A stretch of DNA of 64,000 nucleotides from a virus. A model generated the notes under the pieces. The model searched no databases. It was not told the origin of the DNA and worked only from the letters and a program-made list of their open reading frames with translations. Of the stretch, positions 55,977-64,000 are shown piece by piece. The stretch lies in the IMG/VR virus record IMGVR_UViG_3300023179_000012; one strand, given 5' to 3'. Numbering within the stretch: position 1 is the first letter of the stretch; every line of letters starts with the position of its first letter. A program made the translations under genes and the position numbers.

Positions 55977-56718
55977 TGTAATACTCCTTCAATTGTTCAA
56001 GATCTAAAGTTTTTATGTATTCATAAAGATCATAGTTATTCTTAGCCATGTTATGACTTGGTACACTATTGATACCCCTACTATGATCCAAATGCACGAT
56101 ATAAGTATTAATCCATTGTACTTTTAGGCCAAATTTATTTAATCTATAACCTAGTTCCCAATCTTCTGGGCCATATGAAACAAAGTTTTCGTTCATACCT
56201 CCGTATTTAATGTATTGTTCTCTATTAAGAAACTGACATAATCCATGATTGCAAGCCTTGAGTTGACAATCAGAACCTTCTATAATGCCCCAATCCAATT
56301 CGATTTTAGAAACTTTATCTGGAAAAACATTTATCAGATAGTCTCCTTTGGCGTAAGGATAAATCAAGTCAAAAGACTTATCGTTGACTAGACTATAACA
56401 AAATTCATATGCTTTTGGATGCAGTAATATATCAATATCATAATTTACAACAACTTTTGTTGTTGCTTTGTGTAGCATCCTGTTAAGGAATTTAGTTTTG
56501 TGAAATAGTTGTTCGGAACTATCCACAAATATATAGTCTATGTTTGCTCCGTTGGTATCTATAGACTCAAGAACACCGGGTATATTCTGACTACTATCAT
56601 TTTCTAAAATAATGATATTGTGTGGACAGTGGTGACAAAGGTATCTTAGGCTTTTAACAGCATTAATGTATCTGTCTGACGAATCTATTCTGACAGGAAT
56701 TAAAAAAGTGATATCCAT
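55969..56718 (-). CDS. GT2/GT7-like glycosyltransferase
   Basis: FLIPVR, NYDID, GGMNENFVSYGPED, HLDH. Confidence 0.8.
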   Translation of the reverse strand: MDITFLIPVRIDSSDRYINAVKSLRYLCHHCPHNIIILENDSSQNIPGVLESIDTNGANIDYIFVDSSEQLFHKTKFLNRMLHKATTKVVVNYDIDILLHPKAYEFCYSLVNDKSFDLIYPYAKGDYLINVFPDKVSKIELDWGIIEGSDCQLKACNHGLCQFLNREQYIKYGGMNENFVSYGPEDWELGYRLNKFGLKVQWINTYIVHLDHSRGINSVPSHNMAKNNYDLYEYIKTLDLEQLKEYYNV

Positions 56719-56721
56719 AGA

Positions 56722-57615
56722 TCACGGAATATCTCCTATTATTCTACCCTTTTGAGTACGTCTAACAAAACCTTTTCTAACAAGGTATGGCTCGATACTA
56801 TTTTCTATAGTTTCAATAGCAATACCAGTTAAAGATGATATTGATCTTAATCCAAGAGGATTACCTTTATTATTTTTTAGAATATCCAAATAGATTCTAT
56901 CATAATTATCTAGACCATAACTATCTATACCCTGCATACTAAAAACCTCATCAACAGACACTTGCTCATTGTGACAAGTTTTATAATTTTTATACCATTG
57001 TAGTCTAGCATTTAATATACGAGGAGTACCCTTACTTCTTTTTGCAATTTCCAAAAGGTCTGTATCACTCAAGACTAATCCTAGTTTCGCAGAATTCAAT
57101 CCTGCTAGTTTAGCTAGTTCATTTTCACTATAGAAAGATAGATGTTCCTTGATTGCAAAACGATCATAAAATGGTTGACTTAAACTGCCACCACTGGTTG
57201 TTGCTCCTATCAAAGTAAAATATGGAATCTCAATTTCTTCTGGTTCTTTTTCTAGAACAATATTGATTTTAAAATCTTCCATTACAGGATAAAGAAATTC
57301 TTCTACAAGTTTTGGTAGTCGATGGATCTCATCAATAAAAAATACAGATTTTTTAGTCATTCTCAATAGGTATGGAATAACATTCTTAACGCTTCTCAGA
57401 TTAGCAGCATTAACTGTATAAAGATTAACACCCATTTCTGATGCTATAGCACCCGCTATTGTAGTTTTACCAAGGCCAGGAGGCCCATCTATTAAAACGT
57501 GAGGTAGAACGCTGTCTGTTTTTTTACAACCTTCTGTAGAAATTTTTAGTCTTGAAACAACATCGTTTTGTCCAATGATTTGATCAAAAGATGATGGTCG
57601 TTTAATGTTGCTCAT
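56722..57615 (-). CDS. ruvB: Holliday junction branch-migration ATPase
   Basis: RPSSFDQIIGQ, GPPGLGKTT, IDEIHRL, EEFLYPVMED, GATT, RSKGTPR, EPYLV..GF..RT.KGR. Confidence 0.95.
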   Translation of the reverse strand: MSNIKRPSSFDQIIGQNDVVSRLKISTEGCKKTDSVLPHVLIDGPPGLGKTTIAGAIASEMGVNLYTVNAANLRSVKNVIPYLLRMTKKSVFFIDEIHRLPKLVEEFLYPVMEDFKINIVLEKEPEEIEIPYFTLIGATTSGGSLSQPFYDRFAIKEHLSFYSENELAKLAGLNSAKLGLVLSDTDLLEIAKRSKGTPRILNARLQWYKNYKTCHNEQVSVDEVFSMQGIDSYGLDNYDRIYLDILKNNKGNPLGLRSISSLTGIAIETIENSIEPYLVRKGFVRRTQKGRIIGDIP

Positions 57616-58075
57616 TCAACTCTCCTAAATTTTGCAAAATAAATTTTTTGAAAGAACCAATGTTACTATCTGGATTTTTTTCGTATCCCTTAGTTGTGAT
57701 ACATTTTGACTCTTCTTCTGTAAAGCCATATCCTGTGAGTAGTTTAACACAACTGCTAAGAAGATCAACGGGGATTTCTATTTTTTCTTTTAGAGACTCT
57801 GCTATAACTTCTGGCTCTATAACGGGTTTTTGTTCTACTATTATTGGCTGATGTGATGGTTGTTTATTATTTTGGGTTTTTGGTTCATAGAGAATTTTTA
57901 ATGACTGTATTCTTTTAGGTGAAAAAACAGTACCACAGTCACAAACAACTTTAAAGTTTTTCGTTTGTGTTTCTCTCAATGAAAGCCAGTGTGTCGTAGA
58001 ACAATTAGTATTAGGACACCTGTATTTAATATGAGCATCTATCTCAATCGGTTTCTGGCGCTTCTTCTGTATCAT
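57602..58075 (-). CDS. Zn-ribbon protein with RuvA domain III-like C-terminus
   Basis: CPNTNC...CDCG; CVKLLTGYGFTEEESK...FKKFILQNL; overlaps the ruvB start. Confidence 0.55.
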   Translation of the reverse strand: MIQKKRQKPIEIDAHIKYRCPNTNCSTTHWLSLRETQTKNFKVVCDCGTVFSPKRIQSLKILYEPKTQNNKQPSHQPIIVEQKPVIEPEVIAESLKEKIEIPVDLLSSCVKLLTGYGFTEEESKCITTKGYEKNPDSNIGSFKKFILQNLGELNEQH

Positions 58076-58472
58076 TATTTTCGTTTTCTTTTACCCAAAA
58101 TACAAAGTCATTAGACTCGTCATCAAATGCTGTTTCAACTAATCCCTTTTGAACTAAACCAACAATGATATTACTAACCATTCTATCATTAAGACGGCTC
58201 ACAATATCTGTAAAAATTTTATCATTTAACATATATCTAATTTTTTTAGTCTTTTTATGTTTTTGTTTTTTTATTAGTTCTTTAACTATAACCAAAGATT
58301 CCTGATGAGATAAAACTTTTTCAAATTCTTCTTGTTCATTTTCTACTACGTCATCTATCAGTACATCCAAATTATCTGGATTATTCCAGACTCCGAAGTT
58401 ATTATAGACTATTGCTCTAGCCTTGTCTGTGAAATTGTCTAAATCTGGAATAACATACCATGTATCACTCAT
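58044..58472 (-). CDS. Hypothetical protein
   Basis: Possible C-terminal winged helix (LVQKGLVETAFD). Confidence 0.55.
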   Translation of the reverse strand: MSDTWYVIPDLDNFTDKARAIVYNNFGVWNNPDNLDVLIDDVVENEQEEFEKVLSHQESLVIVKELIKKQKHKKTKKIRYMLNDKIFTDIVSRLNDRMVSNIIVGLVQKGLVETAFDDESNDFVFWVKENENNDTEEAPETD

Positions 58473-58480
58473 TATTATTT

Positions 58481-58885
58481 CTAATTGAGAATATCAAATA
58501 GTCCTTTATAGTATTTGGGTTGGTTAATAAAATGAACAGCATGAGATTGTAAATGCGCTTTATATGCTGAGTTTATAGGATCAGCAACCCAATATTTTGT
58601 TTTCCAAATTGGTTCGTTAGCATAATTGGATCCCAAGTACTGGAGTTTATCTTTATCTCCAGTACTGGGATTCCAACTATTCACAGGAAACACTATCATC
58701 TTATCGAAGTCATATTTTTTTTTGAAAATATCGTTTATCATTTTGCTGATCCATTCAGACAACGGAGAATCTTGATTTACATCAAATTTGAAATAAAATT
58801 TATAAGGATCATGTTTATCATCATAATCGTTATTATAGTAATCGTCATCATATCCGTCATCTTCGTCATCATATGGATCGTGCAT
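58481..58885 (-). CDS. Hypothetical protein with Asp/Tyr-rich N-terminus
   Basis: HDPYDDEDDGYDDDYY. Confidence 0.55.
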   Translation of the reverse strand: MHDPYDDEDDGYDDDYYNNDYDDKHDPYKFYFKFDVNQDSPLSEWISKMINDIFKKKYDFDKMIVFPVNSWNPSTGDKDKLQYLGSNYANEPIWKTKYWVADPINSAYKAHLQSHAVHFINQPKYYKGLFDILN

Positions 58886-58888
58886 TTT

Positions 58889-59971
58889 TTATCCTACACA
58901 AAATTGGTCGCCCAGTTGAGCAGCAAGGTCTTTGGCCGCACTACTCAGAAAGCGATTGTTGCTGAAATACAACGCTGTGGACGCTTGATTAAGGTACTCC
59001 ACGACCGTTTTTAAAAGTTTGGTCTGCTGACCGCTCAGATTTAAACAATCGCCTCCGCGACACGCTGGTTGAACCATTTGAGGATCGCCATAAGCCTTTT
59101 CCGGCAAGCCATCGTCATCATCATACTGATCATCATTATTGTAAGACTTATTATGAGGATCATTTACTAGTGTGCTAAGAATCTGCTTCGCAACATCTAT
59201 TGGTACTGGCAGACCATTTTCATCAGCCTTCTTATAAGCCTTAGCATAGCCTTTGTACCATTCGTCGCTGCACTTAGCGGGATCAATAACAATGTTAGTT
59301 GTTTGACCAGTAAGAGCAGATTGCAAATCGGTCACATTAATTGGTTGACCAGTTGATCCTGGCAGAATACTGGTAAAGTACGGAGCCTTCTTTTCCCAAC
59401 CCTTACGCCACCAAGTATAAGGAACACGATAAATCTGATTAGCTTTGATCGCTCTTGGATCACCACCGAAATAATTTACCAGTTTTTTCTGTAGACCATT
59501 CCAGTACGTCTTATTCTTGCCAACAAGTTTTCGAGATTGGTCATCAAAAATCCAGTAGCACTGATAACCATTACGAGTATCAACTACCCAACTAGGCTTA
59601 ACCGGAAAGTTGTTAATCTTGTTAAGAAATCGTTTCTTGTGCTGCATCACAACACTAGGCTTAAAATATTTACCCTCGCTGTCTCTACCAGCATCCATAT
59701 CACAAAAGCAACAAGTAAACTGATCAATATGGAAAAGTTTACGACCACCATTAACATAAAAGTAAACATCAGAACCTTTATTTTTATTAGCATCTATAGC
59801 CTCGTCAAGATTATTAGTATGACTCATGCTACTAATCTTTTTACGAGGATTGCCGTTATAAACAAAAATATGCTTTTGCTTAAAAGAATCCAAAAACTTT
59901 TTACTACCAGCCTTATATGGAACTAGTGTTTTCTGATCAAACGGATTAAAGCCAAGATTATCACTAAACAT
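58889..59971 (-). CDS. RepB-type (AEP superfamily) primase domain protein
   Basis: FCDMD, VVDTRNGYQCYW, GDPRA...YRVPYT; start reassigned to 59971. Confidence 0.7.
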   Translation of the reverse strand: MFSDNLGFNPFDQKTLVPYKAGSKKFLDSFKQKHIFVYNGNPRKKISSMSHTNNLDEAIDANKNKGSDVYFYVNGGRKLFHIDQFTCCFCDMDAGRDSEGKYFKPSVVMQHKKRFLNKINNFPVKPSWVVDTRNGYQCYWIFDDQSRKLVGKNKTYWNGLQKKLVNYFGGDPRAIKANQIYRVPYTWWRKGWEKKAPYFTSILPGSTGQPINVTDLQSALTGQTTNIVIDPAKCSDEWYKGYAKAYKKADENGLPVPIDVAKQILSTLVNDPHNKSYNNDDQYDDDDGLPEKAYGDPQMVQPACRGGDCLNLSGQQTKLLKTVVEYLNQASTALYFSNNRFLSSAAKDLAAQLGDQFCVG

Positions 59972-60005
59972 TGCTCTACCTATTTCCTCTGTTAACATAT
60001 ACTGG

Positions 60006-60024
60006 GGTGGCAACCTCTACCACC
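60006..60024 (-). other. GC-rich hairpin downstream of the tRNA-like element
   Basis: GGTGGTA-GAGGT-TGCCACC; no U-tract follows. Confidence 0.45.
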
Positions 60025-60039
60025 ATTAGCAATATAAAA

Positions 60040-60123
60040 TAGCGGGAGGGAATCGAACCCTCTCAAATAGCGTGTGTATCATTCGATACCAGAGGCTATT
60101 ATCTTAGTCTCCAGACTCCACTA
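60040..60123 (-). ncRNA. tRNA-like RNA with canonical T-arm and an extended anticodon arm
   Basis: TAGTGG/CCGCTA acceptor; GAGGG-TTCGATT-CCCTC T-arm; AATAGC/GCTATT stem closing a 23-nt region with a GTATC-GAAT-GATAC hairpin. Confidence 0.6.
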
Positions 60124-60133
60124 ATTCTTTTAA

Positions 60134-61009
60134 TCAATAACCATACTTGTTATTGTAATCGTCCTCATCATCATAATCTTCTTCTTCCTCTTCATCATCA
60201 AACTGATCCCAGTAATCGTCACGGATATCATAGTCCTCATCCTCGTCATCATAGCCAGCATACTCATCCTCTGAGAATGTTGCCGAATACAGTGGCTTGA
60301 GAAGTTCTCCTTGATATTCGCCAACCACAAGATATTCGCATGTGCGAAGTTTCTCACAGTTACAATCAGTAGGAACACTCACAACGTCCTTGGGATTAAT
60401 CTTGACGATCACAATCTTATCGCCATTCTCAAGACTACCATAACTAGCCACATAGTTCAATGCACCAGCATGAAGTCCATCAGAACAACCTCGACTACGA
60501 TCATCGTCAACCTTTGCTCGTGTCATCTTGCAAACATTACCAACACTGTTATCAAATACTCCACGATACTTATCCTTGTAGTCACTCCTGACTGCCTTAT
60601 AAGCAAGGAAACAACCATCCTCGGTAATGGGCAGATGCTCATGCTCAAGGAAATCATAAAGTTCTTTTTGACTTTGCATACTAGGATTCTCCATGAGATT
60701 ATGAAGGAAATTAACGAGAGGATAGAAAGGCAGACCCTTGCTCATAAACTCAAGAATACGCTTGCTAATACTTCCGTGAACTTCTTCACCCTCATACAAA
60801 ACCTTACCATTCTTGATCTCCACAAGACCATCACTAAAAGTAGCAACAGCCTTTTCCACATCCACAATCTCCAAGAGTTCATCAGCGTTTGCTGTTGGCA
60901 ACGCCTCAAGAATCATCTTGTAATTAATATGATCCGGCAAAACCTGATACGTCCTGTTATTAAGAACAAGCGTAAGATTACCATCAACCCACATAAAAGG
61001 AACACTCAT
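60134..61009 (-). CDS. rIIB: rIIB-like protein
   Basis: ITEDGCFLAYK, CSDGLHAG..NY, INPKDVVSVP.D...KLRTCEY; acidic tail. Confidence 0.88.
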   Translation of the reverse strand: MSVPFMWVDGNLTLVLNNRTYQVLPDHINYKMILEALPTANADELLEIVDVEKAVATFSDGLVEIKNGKVLYEGEEVHGSISKRILEFMSKGLPFYPLVNFLHNLMENPSMQSQKELYDFLEHEHLPITEDGCFLAYKAVRSDYKDKYRGVFDNSVGNVCKMTRAKVDDDRSRGCSDGLHAGALNYVASYGSLENGDKIVIVKINPKDVVSVPTDCNCEKLRTCEYLVVGEYQGELLKPLYSATFSEDEYAGYDDEDEDYDIRDDYWDQFDDEEEEEDYDDEDDYNNKYGY

Positions 61010-61035
61010 TTTATTTCTCCTGTTTTCCTGTGAAA

Positions 61036-63678
61036 TTAACCAATAATTTGACCGAATTGAACCTTCAACATATTAACATCGCTAATCGTAGTAAACCAAC
61101 CGTTGTTATCACGATAGTAGTAGCCTCTGTTAGAATCATTTTGCTTGAGAGGATTAATATTCTTCAATTCTCTCAGGTTGCCACTGACTTGCGTAACACA
61201 CATAATATACTTGAACATCGGATTACTGTCAAGTTCCACTTTAATCATTTTTCTAAGATCAGCGATCTTCGGAGCAACATACTCGTTATCAGAATCTGCC
61301 TTCTTAAAAATTTTCTGGTATTGTGAAACCTTGTCTTTATCATAGATGCTCTCAACGATACGATTGATCTGATTATAGATAACATTAGTATCTTTAATCT
61401 TGGCACTATCCAGACCATTGATTCCAAAATCGCTCAACAGTTTGGTCATGTGACCATAGTAATCATCCTTCTTAAATTTAGCGATATCAAACTCATTACG
61501 ATGAATAGTATCCGCAAAGAACTCCAGAATCATCAGACTATCCAGAGTTTGCACAATATTCTTGTTATTGATGAACTCGGCATATTCAAGCCCGAACATA
61601 TTGAGCATATGGAATAGGAACTGACGATCAATATAACCATTACCATAACTATGGTTCATCTTATCGTCTGAGTTATACTCATTCCTGCACTGTTCAACAA
61701 GACTATTAAACTGATAAATATCCTTGAACTTGCTATCGTTAAGTTTCTTCAAGCGAGTCTTGAACCAAGTGTTAAAGTCCACAAGGTTGTACCCTTCCTT
61801 TATTAAACGATCCACCACACCATGCTTGATAGCATAAATATTTGTGTCATCAAATATCTTGTATTTTTCAAAGAAGTCTTTGTGACTATACAAACCATTG
61901 ATGGAAGGATAATCAGTAGTAGCAGTACCATATCTTAGGATAGGAATGTACACAATCTCATCTTCGTCCTCTAGATCATTAAGACGATCTGTACTAAGAC
62001 TACGCATATAGGAAGCATCATTATAGTCATAATTGAGTGGACTAGTATTCTTCTGATCACCAAAGATCAAGAAAATATCTTGGTCACTAACACTGCCCTT
62101 ACTGCCCTTACTACCCTTGGCTTTAGGTGTTGACTTAATAAGATCACGATATTCGGACACATCAAGAATATTCTTTTCGCCAACATCAGCAACAAGATCA
62201 GCAAAGTTATTCTTCACATCAGTATGATCTTTAGTATTAACAAGCAGATAAGCAAAACAATCGTACTGATTGCAATACCTAGTCACAATCTTTTTAGCGG
62301 TTTCTGCTGCACTAATATCGCACCAGAAAAATCTAATGTTTCCAGACTTTTTGTTGCTATTCCAATAGGAATATCCCTTACCAGTAAGAGTATCGTGATG
62401 AATTCGATCTGTCATATAAACCATGCGACGAGAACGATAGCCCGCTGTTCTATAGTTGAACACATACAGATTCTCGTCTTTCTTGAGTTTATACTCAATA
62501 TCTTCGCCACTATTAATAGGATGAATCTTTCCAGATGCGTCAGTCCAACTAGCACCAACGCCCCAACCACCAGCAAGATCATTCATCTGATAATAAGTGG
62601 TAATCGCTTCTACCTTGGTTGTAGCAGCAGCAATCTTATCACTAAAATTCTTCTTGAGTTCCAAGAAAATATCTTGTGTCTTTTCTCTAAGAGCCTTTAC
62701 AACACTCTTAGTATACTGCAAACCTTCTCGACTAACATCCATTTCAAGTTCACCAATATTGAAATCAAGTTCAAGATAAAGACCCTGACCAATGATTTCG
62801 CCAACGAAAGCCTTCCACGAAGCAATATCGGCCTTATTGAAAGCACGATTCCACTTAGCAATATGATCTGGTGTTTCGGCCTTTTCCTCACCAACAAGAT
62901 GAGAAACCTCAACAGGATAAGCAATATTACCCATCAGAGCAATAACGCCGCTCTGAATACGATGATGATGACTTGGAAACTTCATGTTGTCATTATTGAG
63001 TCGGCAAACACGCCACCCATCACCATCAATCACAACATTTCGCTGACTATATTCCTTGGTAAAATCCCAATGAACGCCACCATTAATAATGGGCTTCATT
63101 CGGAAATAATGAAAAACTCTAATAGCCTTCTGACTAAATTCTTGGAAATCATATTGCTTAACAGCAAAACTAATCTCCAAACCATTAGGCTCAGAAGTAT
63201 CCGTAGAATGAATAAGATTCAGTGTGGGAACACCAGCATCATCAATAGCCGCAATATAAGTATACTGCTTACCATTGAAATAAGAAGTTGTGGTAAAACT
63301 CTTGGTATAAGCAAACGGACTCTTAGAGCCTAGACCAAGACAACCCACAAAATCATTGCTATCATTCTTGTTAGAAGCACCATAAGTGGTATACAGACTC
63401 TCCATATCCTTCTGACTAAGACCAGTGCCATAATCACGCACACTGAAATTAGGATCAGCAGCAGTAGGCAACTTTACAAGAAAAGGATTCTTGTTGCCCG
63501 CACTAACATGAGAGTCATAAGCATTTGTGGCAAGTTCACGAATAACTGCCATTACCTTGTCGGAATAAAGAGAGTCCGACAAAATCTTAAACATTTTACT
63601 GGTTTGAGCAATCGTAAACTGATTCGACGCACTAATACCAGCACTGTGAACCTCAACGGTTCGGTCTGCCAACTTCAT
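61036..63678 (-). CDS. rIIA: rIIA-like protein (N-terminal GHKL ATPase)
   Basis: LYSDKVMAVIRELATNAYDSH, RDYGTGL, GCLGLGSKSPFAY, SREGLQY. Confidence 0.9.
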   Translation of the reverse strand: MKLADRTVEVHSAGISASNQFTIAQTSKMFKILSDSLYSDKVMAVIRELATNAYDSHVSAGNKNPFLVKLPTAADPNFSVRDYGTGLSQKDMESLYTTYGASNKNDSNDFVGCLGLGSKSPFAYTKSFTTTSYFNGKQYTYIAAIDDAGVPTLNLIHSTDTSEPNGLEISFAVKQYDFQEFSQKAIRVFHYFRMKPIINGGVHWDFTKEYSQRNVVIDGDGWRVCRLNNDNMKFPSHHHRIQSGVIALMGNIAYPVEVSHLVGEEKAETPDHIAKWNRAFNKADIASWKAFVGEIIGQGLYLELDFNIGELEMDVSREGLQYTKSVVKALREKTQDIFLELKKNFSDKIAAATTKVEAITTYYQMNDLAGGWGVGASWTDASGKIHPINSGEDIEYKLKKDENLYVFNYRTAGYRSRRMVYMTDRIHHDTLTGKGYSYWNSNKKSGNIRFFWCDISAAETAKKIVTRYCNQYDCFAYLLVNTKDHTDVKNNFADLVADVGEKNILDVSEYRDLIKSTPKAKGSKGSKGSVSDQDIFLIFGDQKNTSPLNYDYNDASYMRSLSTDRLNDLEDEDEIVYIPILRYGTATTDYPSINGLYSHKDFFEKYKIFDDTNIYAIKHGVVDRLIKEGYNLVDFNTWFKTRLKKLNDSKFKDIYQFNSLVEQCRNEYNSDDKMNHSYGNGYIDRQFLFHMLNMFGLEYAEFINNKNIVQTLDSLMILEFFADTIHRNEFDIAKFKKDDYYGHMTKLLSDFGINGLDSAKIKDTNVIYNQINRIVESIYDKDKVSQYQKIFKKADSDNEYVAPKIADLRKMIKVELDSNPMFKYIMCVTQVSGNLRELKNINPLKQNDSNRGYYYRDNNGWFTTISDVNMLKVQFGQIIG

Positions 63679-63723
63679 TTCCTGTTCTCCAAAAAAGTGT
63701 TTAATCGTTCCTGTGATACGGTG

Positions 63724-63751
63724 ATTCTACCACACTAGCATCGGTTGTCAA
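63724..63751 (-). promoter_or_regulatory. Sigma70-type early promoter for rIIA-rIIB
   Basis: TTGACA-N16-TAGAAT with TGn. Confidence 0.7.
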
Positions 63752-63990
63752 GCCCCATCAACTTTAGACCTTATGCTGTAGAAACCCAACAATACTGTAA
63801 TTACTCCTAAAAATCTAATTGGTCCAATTGGTAATAAAAACCACCAAGCACCAATAAACATAGTTAAAAATCCCAAAATCATATTTATCCAATTTGGTAT
63901 AAAAGGAATTTTAGATATGACAAAACAAATTGGGCCAGCAAGTAAAACAAGAATAAATATTAATCCAGCCATCAATGCTAAACTAGCCAT
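63748..63990 (-). CDS. Small multi-TM membrane protein
   Basis: Three hydrophobic segments in 80 aa. Confidence 0.65.
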   Translation of the reverse strand: MASLALMAGLIFILVLLAGPICFVISKIPFIPNWINMILGFLTMFIGAWWFLLPIGPIRFLGVITVLLGFYSIRSKVDGA

Positions 63991-64000
63991 TAGTTTTCCT

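Noticed and set aside
3231-57851. Numerous short opposite-strand ORFs in the supplied track
   Set aside because: They fully overlap motif-supported minus-strand genes and show no recognisable motifs or RBS.
60040-60123. Canonical tRNA or tmRNA
   Set aside because: No 7-nt anticodon loop; no G3:U70 pair, CCA or tag reading frame as expected for tmRNA.
59537-63738. Long plus-strand ORFs (e.g. 62224-63333, 60311-61033)
   Set aside because: Antisense shadows of rIIA, rIIB and the primase; Ile/Asn/Thr-rich with no motifs, explained by codon bias.
1-64000. Bacterial chromosome origin suggested by host-like genes (ruvB, clpP, guaC, phoH, sigma)
   Set aside because: rIIA/rIIB, T4-like dNMP kinase, phage-style gene packing and absence of core cellular operons indicate a large phage.

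Overview
64 kb segment of a large, AT-rich tailed-phage (jumbo/huge phage-like) genome. It is not a cellular chromosome: it carries rIIA/rIIB, a T4 gp1-like dNMP kinase, dense overlapping ORFs, and no ribosomal or other core cellular genes. Everything from 1484 to the end is on the minus strand, converging on one plus-strand gene at 200-1492. Translation table 11 fits and there is no sign of recoding. Modules in window order: (i) glycan module 1 (0.2-12 kb), interrupted by a Rad52/Sak-like annealase and a homing endonuclease; (ii) replisome (12-23.4 kb): ssb, an intein-less split DnaE with dnaQ between the halves, a PD-(D/E)XK nuclease, dNMP kinase, DnaG, DnaB and RecA; (iii) PhoH, class II RNR and dCMP deaminase; (iv) a membrane-protein/papain-peptidase cassette, probably lysis (29-33 kb); (v) dead DeoC homolog, ClpP and a sigma factor (34-37 kb); (vi) probable virion-internal proteins, including a degenerate bacterioferritin (37-40.6 kb); (vii) GuaC/NDT and glycan module 2 with an NDP-sugar pathway and split transketolase (40.6-56.7 kb); (viii) an actin-fold ATPase with a putative membrane anchor, a CPHC thioredoxin, and RuvB with a Zn-ribbon/RuvA-domain-III partner; (ix) a GC-richer early block with rIIA, rIIB, a tRNA-like RNA and a RepB-type primase. 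The best candidates for undescribed biology are the actin (salactin/volactin-like) cytoskeletal module, the heterodimeric DnaE, the recurring pseudo-enzymes (DeoC, Bfr, GT4, nucleotidyltransferase, methyltransferase), the non-canonical RuvAB, and the tRNA-like RNA with an extended anticodon arm. All family assignments come from motif recognition by eye; no searches were run.
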